This document shows, in pieces, positions 30,205 through 44,377 of a stretch of 64,000 nucleotides of DNA. The translations under genes were made by a program, and so were the position numbers. The first letter of the stretch is position 1, and the number at the start of each line of letters is the position of its first letter. The stretch spans positions 159,526,001 through 159,590,000 of the forward strand of contig OZ024740.1 in assembly GCA_964016885.1 (NCBI GenBank), read 5' to 3'. Origin of the DNA: Eledone cirrhosa. Lineage: Eukaryota. Under the pieces are notes generated by a model that was given only the letters and a program-made list of their open reading frames with translations, made no database searches and was not told the origin of the DNA.

Positions 30205-30206
<2 letters not shown>
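29570..30206. mobile_element. RTE/RTEX-like LINE relic with inverted 5' part
   Basis: Minus strand 29750-29600 encodes LWEPLHGHTRRGR...MRDRDRW and a (TAGA)n tail; plus strand 29810-30206 encodes ETKTKY...VESVLLYGSETWTL...YTRMLR. Confidence 0.8.
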
Positions 30207-30242
<36 letters not shown>

Positions 30243-30245
<3 letters not shown>

Positions 30246-30985
30246 TTAGTATATCTACCAACATATGTATACAGATGCATATCTATGCTAGCAAATATAT
30301 ATGTTTTGTCTTAGTAACTTTGTGGTTCTATGCAAGGGGATGCAGAACATTATATGAAAGACGTAAATAAGAAAGTTATGAAAATTGACTTACTTACTAA
30401 AATTTCACTCCAACTAATTAGTTTCTGTAAGGGAATAAATATGGTTACAGGGCGTATCCACAGAGAAACCTTATGTCATCAGGGAGTCTATTCTCAGCTA
30501 AGCTCCAGGCAATACGAGCACACTGGGAACTTATATAAAAATAATTCAGTGGATGGAAAAAAGCAAGCGGGGACTAAATTCCAAGCCATTGAAAAATTCA
30601 CTGCCTACTTGGTCAGTGGCAAATTCAAAAGAATCAATCACGTGACACTGAGGTTAACCATTGAGGAGTGGGGTGCTATTAGGACAAGAGCCTAGCCACT
30701 ACCATGAACCATAGCAGTAATTTCGGCAAGTTTTGTTCAACAAATAATTTGGAGATAATTATAAAGAATTAGTATATCTACCAACATATGTATACAGATG
30801 CATATCTATGCTAGCAAATATATATGTTTTGTCTTAGTAACTTGGCGGTTCTATGCAAGGGGATGCAGAACAATTATATGAAAAACGTAAATAAGAAAGT
30901 TATGAAAACTGACTGACTAAATTAGTTGGAGTGAAATTTTAGTAAGTAAGTCAATTTTCATAACTTTCTTATTTACGTCTTTCAT
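30243..30985 (-). mobile_element. Second copy of the 9743 tandem/fold-back pLTR family
   Basis: About 1.3 units with period ~523; 30917-30985 is inverted relative to 30352-30421; hammerhead-like motif on the minus strand at 30408-30486. Confidence 0.8.
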
Positions 30986-31870
<885 letters not shown>

Positions 31871-31905
31871 TTAAAAGAATAGAGGTGTAACACACAAGTT
31901 ATGAT

Positions 31906-32513
31906 ATATTGGTAAACGGAAAAGAAAATGCTGACAAATTGTTCACAGTGAAAAATAGTTTAATTAGGAATAAGTGAGAATTAGTAATAGTATTGGTTAG
32001 TATTCAGTTTTGGTTTTAAGTTTTACCGGTTGCGCATTTCTAATGCTTTTCAAAAAATAATTTTGAGATAGAGCGTCCGTGATGTTTGCTCTGATCTGAT
32101 TAGTTTTGGGAATTCTACCTGTTTTTATGTTAAAAAAGTGGCTCCAGCGGTATTAAAATAAGTTTTGCGCCAATTCGTTTTGCAAAAATTCTTGTGGTCA
32201 AAACAATTTTGATTGGTCGGTAGAGGTCATGTGAATGTTAAAAATTGATTTTGCAACACGAATGGGCGCAAAACTTATTTTAATACCGCTGGAGCCACTT
32301 TTTTAACATAAAAACAAGTAGAATTCCCAAAAGAGCAAACATCACGGACGCTCTATCTCAAAATTATTTTTGAAAAGCATTAGAAATGCGCAACCGGTAA
32401 AACTTAAAACCAAAACTGAATACTAACCAATACTATTACTAATTCTCACTTATTTCTAATTAAACTATTTTTCACTATGAACAATTTATCAGCATTTTCT
32501 TTTCCGTTTACCA

Positions 32514-32517
<4 letters not shown>
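31906..32517. mobile_element. Fold-back element with ~280 bp arms and a decayed hammerhead skeleton
   Basis: 31906-32187 pairs with 32249-32517; 32367-32403 reads UUU UUGAAAA GCAUU-aga-AAUGC GCAAC CG GUA AAA. Confidence 0.8.
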
Positions 32518-32558
<41 letters not shown>

Positions 32559-32560
32559 TA

Positions 32561-32640
<80 letters not shown>

Positions 32641-32645
<5 letters not shown>

Positions 32646-34085
32646 TAAAATAACAGATTAAAGTTTAAGCTGCTTTCACCCTTAACGGGATCTTCTGAAA
32701 CTAACAAAGTCAATCTGTAAACGCAGAAGTGGATATTTCAAAAAACGTTACAACCGGAGGAAGACAGGAAGACGATACTTTGGTTCGTTGAAACGTTCCC
32801 TAGCAAATAACGGGAAAAAACGAATATAATACGTCATTAATAGGAGCGGTGAAAAACAATTACGCGCAAAAACAGAACCACGTTTATGGTATAAAAGAGG
32901 TCGTAGACTAATGTTCTCTTAGGTGGTTCATAGAGACGTTCTCTGGCAATGAACGAAAAAACGAAGATAATACGTCATATGTGGAGCGTGGAGAACAATA
33001 GCACGCAAAGACAAAACCACGTAAATGGTATAGCAGAAGTCATAGACTAAAATTCTAACTAGGAGACCGAATGAATCTTCGCTTCAGAGTTAAGAACAAA
33101 TTGAATAAATACAATACAGAAGTAATAGAAATAAATAAATACATACACGCAAACAAATACGTACATACACAAGAATACGCAAAACCCTTACCATAGGTAT
33201 ACAAAACCACGCACATATAAATATCTGTGCGTGTGTATGCGTGTATACAAATAAATAAATAATTATATAAACGTATATAAATAAATAAATACGTATATAA
33301 CAAGCGCACACACATACCTACATGTAAATACACGAATGTTCGGAGACGTAAGTCAACCAAAACATGAAGTACACATATACACACACCCTACATACGTACG
33401 AACCTGCATACTCACACAGACGCAAAACTCCCGTATACACATAGCCAAACCATATGTACCAGAATATATAAAATTATACGCCATAACATAAACAATCAAA
33501 TATACGTAGGAGAAGGTATACGTACCTTTACAAAACATACGGGTAATATATACTTACCTATGCAAATAAGTAATGGTATAAACAAAACATATACTTAGCT
33601 CCCACATCAAGACGTAAAATATCCACGTATAGATCGTACTATCCGTTAGGGTATAACGTGGGGCTGTAATACAGGAAAGGTTTGTGCAATTTATGTTTAA
33701 AAGCCGAAATTGCCTCAGATTTTTTGTTTAAGATGTGGTCTGTGGCGTAGAGTATTTCCAGGGCCTCAGCGGCGCAGAGGTCACATGGTCTTTTATTTCC
33801 GTTATACGATCTAGCCCTAGCTAGGATCTCCCAGTGTAACTTATATTGGGTGTGGTTGTCTTTTAGACTCCAGATATAAGCTGAAAGTGACGTCATATTC
33901 CTTCTTAGAGGGTAACGAAAAGAATGGGTATGCATGAAAAGACGCTGCTTGAATCTATTGGCGGTTAACCCTATGTAGGCCCTACGGGACGTGGGTGTTA
34001 CAACCTTACATTTGTAGACAATGTACTAGAGAGGCATTTCCCGGATAGGGGGCAATCAACCCGATTCCTACAATTACAGTTAGTA
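32641..34085 (-). mobile_element. 5'-truncated Penelope-like element (second lineage): GIY-YIG remnant, 3' UTR and hammerhead
   Basis: CNCRNRVDCPLSGKCL/IVYKC...YIGLTANRFKQR..H..SF...TSLSAYIWSLKD...W...CDLC..E...LN (34080-33639, one frameshift); (TA)n on both sides. Confidence 0.85.
32661..32702 (-). ncRNA. Minimal hammerhead-like motif at the PLE 3' end
   Basis: AGUUU CAGAAGA U CCC-guuaa-GGG U GAAAGC a GC UUA AACU, followed by AAUAAA. Confidence 0.55.
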
Positions 34086-34233
34086 CTAACTACAGGGTTT
34101 CACATCTATATATACATACATATGAATATATATATACATATGAAGATATATATATATATATATATACATATGAATATATATATACATAAGAATATATATA
34201 TATATACATATGAATATATATATACATGCATAT

Positions 34234-34272
<39 letters not shown>

Positions 34273-35701
34273 CAATTGATCTTTTTTCTACACATGTATA
34301 TAATTTTTACTTGTATTTGAAGCTAATATTTATACACCATTTATTTTGAATGTTAGGCACATTGTTCATTACATATATTTGTATCGAGATATCTTGGCTG
34401 GCATCTTGAGAATATATTTTATTAGTATGTGTATGTCTGTGTGTTTTTTTTCTGTAAATATATGTGTGTATGTGTGTGTGTGCATTTATTTATTTGTACT
34501 TAAAGTAAAACAAACCAGAAAATCCATCATCTTTCCTTCTCCCCATGCTATCCACACAACATAGAAGTATTTCTATATTAATGAATAAAAAAGACAGCAA
34601 CATAAAACTCAATTGCAGGAGTAATTTTCAAGATTGTTGAAAACACAAGATATAAAAACGGAAATGTAAATAAATAAATATATATATATATGCACACACT
34701 TAATATAAATAATGTAAATACATAGACGGATAGATAAATAAATAAATCATTAAATAAGTAAATAAATGTGTATTCCAGAAAATGATAGAATATTTTCCAG
34801 AATGAAGTTATAATATAATTTCAAGGACCTCGTTTATGAAAACCTTCCCCACCTCTTTTTAAAAAAAGGAGAAAAATAATACAAATGTGAATAAATAAAT
34901 AAATGAATAAAGAAGAAATGAATAAGAAATATGAATGATTTATTATTAAAAAAATTTTTTTTTTAAAGGTTATTGTTTTTGATGGTGTATAGGGTGGGGG
35001 GTTGATTAGACATTAAAGAGGCATGGCAAGATGGGGAAAAATTAAACAAACGAAACAATGTTTTTTTATTTTCATATTTTCATTAAGAAGAAATAGTGAT
35101 GAGAAAATTGAAATAAGTTGTAGAATAAGTGAAAAGGATAATAGAAATAGAAAGAGAATAAGAATATCATATTTTCTATTTATCTGAAAAGTATTTTTTT
35201 AAAATTGGATATTATTAGAAAGATGAGAAGGTTGTATTTTTATATTTTCATCTACTTATTTTGAGGCCAAGAAAGAAATAATAATAATGATAATTATTAT
35301 TATTAATTTTTGTGTTTTCTTATTTTAAAATAAATTACCACTAGCAAAGTTCATTCAATTCATAATACTTAAAGTATGGAAGTATTTCATAAGTGCAAGA
35401 TATACTTCTTTAACTTACTGATAAGATAGAAATTATATACAAAAGAGAACAAAAGTTGTTTGATATATATATATAAATTATGTTTCAAATGTTAACTGTT
35501 TCAAGTCTGTTTTTATCTCACCCCATCCCACGTAGTATTGTTCTGCCCAGCTACTTTTGCTACATGATGCTGATTTTAGGGCTGGCTGTTCATGTTGATC
35601 AAGTTCAGACAATTTGCATATCTCTTTTAATACTAACCCACATAAAACTGCTTCTGGTACTATGAAATAAAACCATACATCTTAAAGTGTTCCTATTTGA
35701 T

Positions 35702-35929
35702 TTAACCCTTTAGCATTCACATTATTTTATATATGCTATTATATTTTCATGGTAAAGGCTTTACCTCACATAATTGTCTCACATAATATCGAATCTATGA
35801 GATTTTGAAAGTATCTATTTTGAGAACAATACCTTAACATCAGTTTGAGTGACCAGTTACAGCCAGTTTCAACAGAAAGAGGTAGAGAATTCTTGCCGGT
35901 TTTGGCCGGTTTGAACACTAAAGGGTTAA
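35702..35929. mobile_element. piggyBac-type MITE
   Basis: TTAA-CCCTTTAG ... CTAAAGGG-TTAA termini; related copies at 36429-36641 and 54687-54890. Confidence 0.8.
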
Positions 35930-36428
35930 AACTGGAACAATTTTTACAGATTCTTATCCTAATAATGAAATAAATAATAATTTTAGGAAATTTTTTATTA
36001 ATTAATTGAAATACAGTGTATTTCATAGAAATATAGTATTGAAAGCAGTATATAATGTAATTTGTGTTCTTTTCTAACAAAGAGGAAAGATCTTGATTTC
36101 AATTTCCTTATTGTCATATGTGACTATTTGCATAATCAGTATCTGTGAATGTTAAGTATTAAGTGTAACAGTTTACAAGTTCAATCCCTGGGTTAGTGTA
36201 TCTATGTATATGTATATTGTGTCATGCTGAAGTAATCTCAGAAAAATATTGACAGTACATATTTGTTGAATATTCAGACATGTTCATTTCAAGAGCTGAT
36301 TGTTCCATGGATCAAACACCTGGAACACTCATCATTGAAACCAACAGTTGTCCATTTCATTCTGCATATATTTATATATACATCACAATGGTAGATAAGT
36401 CAAACTCTTTTGGCTTCATTATTTATTT

Positions 36429-36641
36429 TGAACCCTTTATCATTTAAACCGGCTGTATCCAGCCAGAATTCTCTCACCTCTTTTTGTTCAAACTGGTCAT
36501 AACTGGCCAGTTATACTGACGTTCAGGTATTATTCTCAAAATGAAAATCACAATCTCATAGATTCGACATTATGTGAGATAAAGCCTTTGCCGCAAAAAT
36601 ACAATAGTATATATAGTGTAATGTAAATGGTAAAGGGTTAA
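36429..36641. mobile_element. piggyBac-type MITE (opposite orientation to 35702)
   Basis: TGAA-CCCTTTA ... TAAAGGG-TTAA; interior is the reverse complement of the 35702 copy. Confidence 0.75.
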
Positions 36642-37149
36642 AGCCCAGACCAAGATTTGGTCGCTAAGTCACATGCTATTTTTGTTTACAATCTTTTTAG
36701 TAAAACAACTACATCTTATGAATATACACAGTACATTTAAAAAAACCTTTTTGATGCAAATCCATGAAAGACCACTCCTGGTTCTAAGAAATAAAACTAC
36801 TCATTTTAAAGGGTTCCCATTCACATTAAAATCTTCCATTATAATTTTAATTGATGTATAATAATTTTGAGCTGCTATTCTTAGATGGTGAATTGTCAGC
36901 CATTAGGGCAGTGGATTAAGTGTGTTTGTTCTGGCTCACTGTGTTCTATGCTTAGATCTTGTTTAGGTAAACTTTGCCTTTCATCCTTTCAAGGTTGACA
37001 AAATTCCAGTCTACTACTGGGGTCAATTATTCCTCTATCTCTCTTTATGCCTTTCTTTTGTTTTCTCTCCTTTATTAGAATAAATCTTCTGTGTTCATAC
37101 CTAGAAAGGAAGGAGCTCTGGTCATGTTTAATATGCCTAAGACATGCTG

Positions 37150-37780
37150 TAACAGTAGTAAAGGGCCATTTTGTTTGTTTTAGATTATTTAGCCAAACAC
37201 TGTTTTGGAGAAGTTGATGTGCAATCCAGCATCTAGCGAATGTTTGGCCAGTACATTTAGAAAGTCTTGCAGATCAGTTCTAGAGTAACTCATGATGGCC
37301 AGATCATCTGCATAGCTAAGATTTGATAGGATTTTACCTCCTATTTTATAGCCAGATGAGCATTCTTCTTCAGTTTAATAGATAAGTGTGGCTATAACTA
37401 TACAGAAAAGAAATGCTGATAGTTAACCCACCTGCTTAACTCCCTTCAAGATGTCTATATACCATATCTGTATCAGTGAGCTGCTCAACATTACCTGACT
37501 AGACCAATTCCATCAATCGTCAAGTCAAGAGCACTCAAACTATACGGTCATATAAAAAGATCAACTTGTGCTGTGAGTAGGTTATGCCTGGAAGAAATGT
37601 TGGCTGGTAAGAGAAGCAGAGGCCGGCAACCAAACCGATGGCTTGATAATGTCAACCTATGGACAGGACTTGATCTTTGATTTTAAAACTCTGCAATTGG
37701 TGATCGAACTTTGTGGAGAAAAAATATCTCATGTTGATGTGCAGACTGCAACTGGCGGAGTTTAGCGTCAAAATAGTATT
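37150..37780. mobile_element. RTE-like LINE relic with inverted 5' part
   Basis: Minus strand 37470-37195 encodes KGVKQ...NLSYADDLAI...GLHINFSKT; plus strand 37500-37700 encodes LKLYGHIKR...GKRSRGRQPNRWLDNV. Confidence 0.78.
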
Positions 37781-39020
37781 TAGCCAAATGTCAGCACTCA
37801 TAAATGAGCAGTCATATCTGTAGGCTAAATTGGACGAGCATTTGAAAAAATACTTTTGAATGCATATTTATAATCCTTTGTTATGATAGTGGCAGCAACG
37901 ATGGTAGTGCTTGTGGTGGTAACATGAGGTGAAGTCGGGTAGGTGGTATAGATGGTAGTGATGATAATGGTATTGATGGCAGAGGTTGTGATAATTATAG
38001 TGGTAGTGATGATCGTCGTTTTCATTGTGCTGGTTGTGGTGGCAGTTTATCTTTTAATTGCAAAATTTATATTGGACGAAAAAGAAAAAAATTGTGAGTA
38101 AATAAAAACAATCATTCAAAGGGAATTTCTTTTTACAAATTACAAACAAACTCTGGAAAATGTGTTGCGTACGTGATGCATTATATTGAAAATTCATGAC
38201 ATTTTCAATGGAAAATTCTGTGTATTTATGTATATTAATCATGTAAAGTCTTTTTATTAATGATGGAAGAGAGAAAACAACCTGCAGAATTGTATGTACA
38301 AGTTGATGTTGAATATACATGCATAGATGTATGTATATTTAATTTTAGCTTAATCAACTCTGCAACACTATTCAAATATCTATTCAAAAGGGACCCATTC
38401 GATGACACCTCCCTTATAGCAGGGATTCTTAATTGAAAATATGTCAAGATATGCTTAACAAAGAACAACCACGGCTGCTAATTAAAAGCAAAACAGCGTT
38501 ATATTTATCATAAACAAATTCTTAATAAAATGAAATCGAATTACTACATATATACATACACTCTTTTACTAATTTACATGTTTGAGGCCATACTGGGGCA
38601 CCATCATTTATGCTACACTTTCTATAACCAGCCTTCCTTTGTTGGCCATTGATGTAAAAGGGAGTTTGCTGCTGCCACCCTTATTTGTGCTGTGGGTTCA
38701 TCCAGGATCTTGGTTAACAGATGTTAAGATGTTTCTTGAAAACATCTATATGCACACCATGCAGATCTCTGATTTTTTTGACAGTTTATTAAAGAGCTGT
38801 ATCTGGTCTTTATTGTTGATATGAAGGATAGGAACAGTAGTGGTACCCTGTTCGTGGATTGGTCAAGCTTGGTGTTAGCATTTCCAGTACCTTTCATATG
38901 TATGTCAGTCCATATCTCCCCCCTCTTCACTCAAGAGAGTAGAAGTTTAGTGTATATATATATATATAATGTGTGTGTGTGTGAGAATATATATACATAT
39001 ATACATGTGTGTGTGTGTGA

Positions 39021-39074
<54 letters not shown>

Positions 39075-39105
39075 GCATATGTGTGTGTGAGTATATATAT
39101 ATATA

Positions 39106-39144
<39 letters not shown>

Positions 39145-39528
39145 ATAGGTGATTCAGTGAATTACTGGTGTTGGTACCAAAGCAAGCACTCTATGCACAG
39201 GCAGAATGTTTATAATATATTTATATGCATATATGTATGCATAAGCACATACATATTTATATATAAATATGTATGTATATATATATATATATGTATAAGT
39301 CATGGCAAAGAATGCCCAAACCACATTGTAAAGTGGTCATGTAGTTGTCACTACAAAAAGCATCCAGTAGACACTGTAAATGTGGCTGGCGTTAGGGTCT
39401 CCAGTCAGAAAACTAAACCAGAATGAGTTCTGTATGAGTAAGACATGGTCTTGTCTCACAATGGACAACTCGTCTAACCCATGCTAGCATGTAAAAATGG
39501 ATGTTAAATGGTGATGATATATATATAT

Positions 39529-39730
39529 ATGGAAAATTTGGGACGCCAAGGGCTGAGCTCTGGCCCTTTCAACAGCTAGATCCAAATGCTGAGTTTGGAT
39601 CTAGCTATTGAAATGGCCAAGGTTCAGCGTTGGGGTTCCGGATTTTCCATATTACCCAATCGACTACCCCAAGTATCGAGTACTCTGGTGAGTAATGGTC
39701 TAACTAGTTTTTACCGCCTCCATTCTGACA
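39529..39730. repeat. Fold-back element of the 940/16846 family
   Basis: ATGGAAAAT...AGCTAGATCCAAA tgctgag TTTGGATCTAGCT...ATTTTCCAT; flanked by (TA)n. Confidence 0.75.
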
Positions 39731-39815
39731 TATATATATGTGGGGGGGGGGGGGGGGGGGGGTAGATAAGGTTTTGTTTATGTATATTTTTCTTGGTGCA
39801 ATACTACTTGCTTAT

Positions 39816-39851
<36 letters not shown>

Positions 39852-40149
39852 GTATGTTGCAGCAAGTTGTGCATAGTGCAGTTGTTTTTTCTAATCTAAA
39901 AAAATGTTTTTTCCATGTCACCTTTATTTGAGAAGCAACTAAATCTGCAAAAAAAAAAAATGCTTCATTAGCTTGCTACAACCATCTTTATTACCTCTAT
40001 GTTGCTATGTTGAATAAGTTTTCAATATATTTCCCCAACCCCTACACAAACACACTGTTACTACCACCTCAACCACCGCCATACCACAATGATCAAAGTG
40101 CTATAGAAAACAGGCTTTCCTAATTTTGTGTGAATGTATTTATATACGT

Positions 40150-40406
40150 AAAGTGGTTGTGTAGGTGTCACAACAAAAAAAAAGCACCCTGTCTACACTG
40201 TAAAGTGGTCGTGAAGGCGCCACAGTAAAAAGCACCCACTGTAAATAAGGTTGGTGTTAAAAAGGGCATCCAGCTGTAAAAACCAAGCCAAAATCAGTTC
40301 TGTATGAGCAAGACATGGTCACCTGACCTGGCATTGCACAAAACAGGACAACCCGTCTAACCCATGCTAGCGTGGAAGAATGGACGTAAAACGGTGATGA
40401 TGATGA
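40150..40406 (+). mobile_element. RTE family B 3' UTR fragment
   Basis: Matches the reverse complement of 14659-14930; (GAT)n tail. Confidence 0.8.
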
Positions 40407-40490
40407 AATATATATATATACACAAGGGCGGTGCCCCAGCATGGCCTCAGCCAGATGGCTGAAACAGGTAAAAGAGTAAAAGAGTATATC

Positions 40491-42207
40491 TAGCATCAAA
40501 TTCTAGCATCAAATTCTATAACAACTATGGAATTTACACCTGCAATGCTGCGACGTCACCTTAAGAATAAGCACAACTACGCCTCCCCTGGTCTTGATAG
40601 TGTTACATACCTGCTTCTCAAATGTGGTGGGTACTTCCTTTTGCACCAGCTTTCTTTCTTCTTTCAATACTGTCTCAACAATGGTGCTACTCCAGAGCAG
40701 TGGAAGACTGCCAGTGTCATTCCCCTGTTCAAAAAGGGCGACTGCACGTCACCTGTCAACTATCGTCCAGTCAGTCTTACTAGCTGTATTGCCAAACTGA
40801 TGGAATCCTGTGTCAGAGAAATGCTTTGGAACTTCTGGAGCTCTCACAGCCTCATCCGGCCCTCGCAATTTGGATTTATCCCTAACTCCAGCTGCTGTGA
40901 TCAGCTTATCGAGTTCCTTGAAGACATTACCCAGATCACTGACAGCACCTCATGGGTGGATGTTGTTTACCTTGACTTAGCTAAGGATTTTAATTCTGTG
41001 TCACACAAAAGACTTATGGCGAAACTCTCTGCAATGGGTGTGAGGGATGATCTTTTTAACTGGTTGAAATCCTTCATTCTCAGCCGAAAAGAGGTAGTCA
41101 CGGTTCTGGGTCAGTATTCCTCACCATATGAGATGTCATCTGGTGTACCACAGGGATCTGTTCTTGGCCCCCTTTTGTTTGTGGCATATATTAATGACAT
41201 AGATGCCAACTTAAAGAGTGCCACGGTACTGAAATATGCAGATGACATCAAGCTGTACCTTGAAATCAAAAGGACTGATCCTGAAATCTACAACTCTTTC
41301 CTACAATCAGACCTGGACACAATGCAGCAATGGATCACATACTGGCAACTGAAGCTGGCTGTGGACAAGTCTACGACCATGCATTTTGAGAGGAAAAACC
41401 CAGCATCCACATACTCCCTCCACAACACTGATATCAAGAAGTCCTCTTGTGAATGTGACCTGGGCATTACTGTCAGCAGCGATTTGCATTGGACAAAGCA
41501 CGTCTCTAAGATTGTCAAGAAGGCCGAGGGTGTCTTGGCATCACTCAGCAAGACCTTTGTTAGTTGCTCTCCAGCCATCTATTTAAAGCTGTATACAGCT
41601 ATGGTATGACCACACTTGGAATTCGCATCATCAGTCTGGAACCCCTATCTTGCTCAGAACATTGACCTCCTGGAAACTGTTCAGAGACGTGCAACCAAGT
41701 GCATATCCTCCATCAGACACCTACCATACTCTGAACGCCTTCCTTCCCTGGGCATGGATTCATTGAAACACCAACGTCTGGCAATGGACTTGGTAAACAC
41801 CCACAAAGTTATTAACCATCTCGCCAACAACAACCTTGAGCACCTTTTTGATCTCCATGTGTCTAACACACGTGGACATGCCTACAAAATCAGAAAACAG
41901 CACAGCTCCCATGACTTTCGGAAACATTTTTTTACGCTTAGAATTACTGAAGCATGGAACAAACTGCCTGCGTCAGTTGTTAGCTGCCGAAACACTGCAT
42001 CCTTTAAAACCCTCATGCTTCCCGAAATTCACCAAAACTACACCTGATGTCCCCCTTCCATACACATGCACACATGTCTATATCATGACTCATGCACTGT
42101 TCATTTTCCTGACGTTTGAACATTAGCCTATGTACTATACATACACTTTTAATGAGTTGTAGTGCTCCTGAGCACTGTACACAATATTTTCCTTATTATC
42201 ATTATTA
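40491..42207 (+). mobile_element. 5'-truncated CR1-type LINE, RT pseudogene
   Basis: ORF 40527-41609 (NYRPVSLTS, GVPQGSVLGPLLF, YADD) continues in 41616-42047 past a TGA in V(R)PHLEF; VQRRATK, TRGH and WNKLP motifs typical of CR1; (ATT)n tail. Confidence 0.9.
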
Positions 42208-42276
42208 TATATATATATAAATGGAAAAAAGTGAAATTGTAAAAGAGACTAAGGTGATCTCTTTTTCTTCTTCTCC

Positions 42277-42307
<31 letters not shown>

Positions 42308-42309
42308 TT

Positions 42310-44361
42310 AGGTTTGTTGGTTCACCACTGGATAGAATTGATCATTCTGTATGGTCAATCTTGATGTAATATTATGGAGAGTACTCAACGTAATGCAGCT
42401 CACCTGTCTTCATTTGTGCAGTTGGTGGTGCGAATACGGAGTTAATTATTATAAATAAAATAACAGGAGGCTGGACTAATGTAAATCCTTGAAAGGTTTA
42501 TTATACTATGATCATTTCAATGACCGAGTTCCGTATGAATCCGGTGATATCATCAGGTATTCGAAATATAACAAAGGAACATAACAGATAAAATCCATGC
42601 GTCCGAAAATCAACTGGGACTGACTGATCTACTTACCATTTGGATTTTGGCTGCTCTGTGCTTTGTCTACCGCCCACCCGATCCAATGCTGCTTCCCTGT
42701 CAGGAATATTCAGGCTCCGACAAAATTCTACGTATTATACTATAACATGTATTGTATTGCCTGAATTCTCTACCCTATACTTCAGGACTTTTTTGTGACT
42801 CACACTGAATTCGGAGACCCGAACTTTACACTAGGTACCACCTGATACCATTCCATCTCTTCCATCCTCTATATCAATCTGTATAACCTTGTATTATCTA
42901 ACTCCAACTTGATCTATATTGTATTTCCTCTTTACTTTGATTCCTCCGATATGTTCTTATATACTTCCGTCTTACTACATCACCACCCTAGCTATGACAG
43001 CATTTTATTTATGTATTTTACTTTTATTAATGTATTTTTATTAATGTATCTTTATCTTTGTATTTTTATCTATGTATTCTGCTTTTATCTATTTGTGCTT
43101 TTCTGCTTATTGTTCCTTTTACTCAGGTTTTACACTCAGTATGCACCTATCATAGCCCCCTTACCAACCAAAGAACCACACTACTTACAACCCGGACTAA
43201 CTGGGACTTAGATATAGTCTACTGGCGCATTTTATCGGGTTTTACCACTTTCGAATGATGCGGTGGCTTTCCCGGCTGCGCGCCGGGCGCTCGGGTAGTT
43301 CAGCCTTCCTTGAGTGCTTCAAAAAATAAATTTCCACTCTTTCTGTAAACGAAATTACTCGGAGCGGTTCGCTTCACCCCGGGGCTCGCCGCACTGCCTG
43401 TTTTGACCGCCATATTATACCTATTAACTCTAGGCCTAAGTATAACTATTAGCTGTACATGCCTCCCTCTACTGGCACGTAAATAAACCCCTCCTGTGTG
43501 AATTAATGGTATTCGGTTGGTATAGACGAGGGCCTGTCAAAGATGGTAGACTTCCCGCTAGCACACCTGGAGCCTAAGGCAGTTACGTTCCTAGAGTACT
43601 TGGAAAAATTAATTTCCATTTCTTTCGCTGGACGATACCACTCGAAACTGGCTGACACATGGTTGGGAGGTGCTGGCTGGGATCTACAATCGAAGACTTT
43701 AATCTTTACTCTATACCCTACCTTGATAACTTATCGAGATTCCCTATAATACACTTAAACTTTTTCATATAAGACTCTTTCTGTAGTTTCATTAAATAAA
43801 TCTCACAACCCAAACCTTGAATTTTTAATAATTTTTCTAATTTTTTAATTTTTAATTTTTAATTTAATTTCATCCTATAACTCTAAACATAAGTTTAACG
43901 TTCCAAATTTCTGTTCACAGATTAGACCATACAGACACCCATATATATGCCTCTGTTAAGATATAGGTTGTTTGGGGTAACTTTTTTCGCCGCGATTTCT
44001 AGCCTGACTGTAGTGTGACCCTTACCCTGACTTTTCTTCTTTCTTTCTTTCTTCTTTTTTTCTCTTTGACGGAGAGGTTTTAGTACATTATAAGCCTTCG
44101 CCTCCTCACCAGATGGTCATTAGTAGACCGAGTAGCCATCACTTGAGGGTGACTGACCGAGGTGAAAGCAGCTAGTTGGTCAGTCGTCCTTTTTGTCTTT
44201 GATTTTCGGACCCATGGATTTTATCTGTTATGTTCCTTTGTTATATTTCGAATACCTGATGATATCACCGGATTCATACGGAACCCGGTCATATAAATGA
44301 TCATAGTATAATAAACCTTTCAAGGATTTACACCAGTCCAGTCTCCTATTATTTTATTTAT
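42310..44361. mobile_element. Non-autonomous element with ~163 bp hammerhead-containing inverted repeats and a 1.6 kb non-coding interior
   Basis: 42451-42613 pairs with 44199-44361; starts at a (TA)n tract. Confidence 0.75.
42503..42560 (-). ncRNA. Type I hammerhead ribozyme with intact core
   Basis: AUAC CUGAUGA uauc ACCGG...UCGGU cauu GAAA UGAUCA UA GUAU; inverted copy 44252-44309 has GAAA changed to UAAA. Confidence 0.75.
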
Positions 44362-44377
44362 TTATATTATGTATATA

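Noticed and set aside
31906-32517. ADAR-type A>G asymmetry between the arms of this fold-back
   Set aside because: The few mismatches point in both directions and there is no outgroup copy in the window to polarise them.
43543-43749. 68 aa ORF inside the 42310-44361 element
   Set aside because: Short, with no recognisable motif; cannot be called without a homology search.
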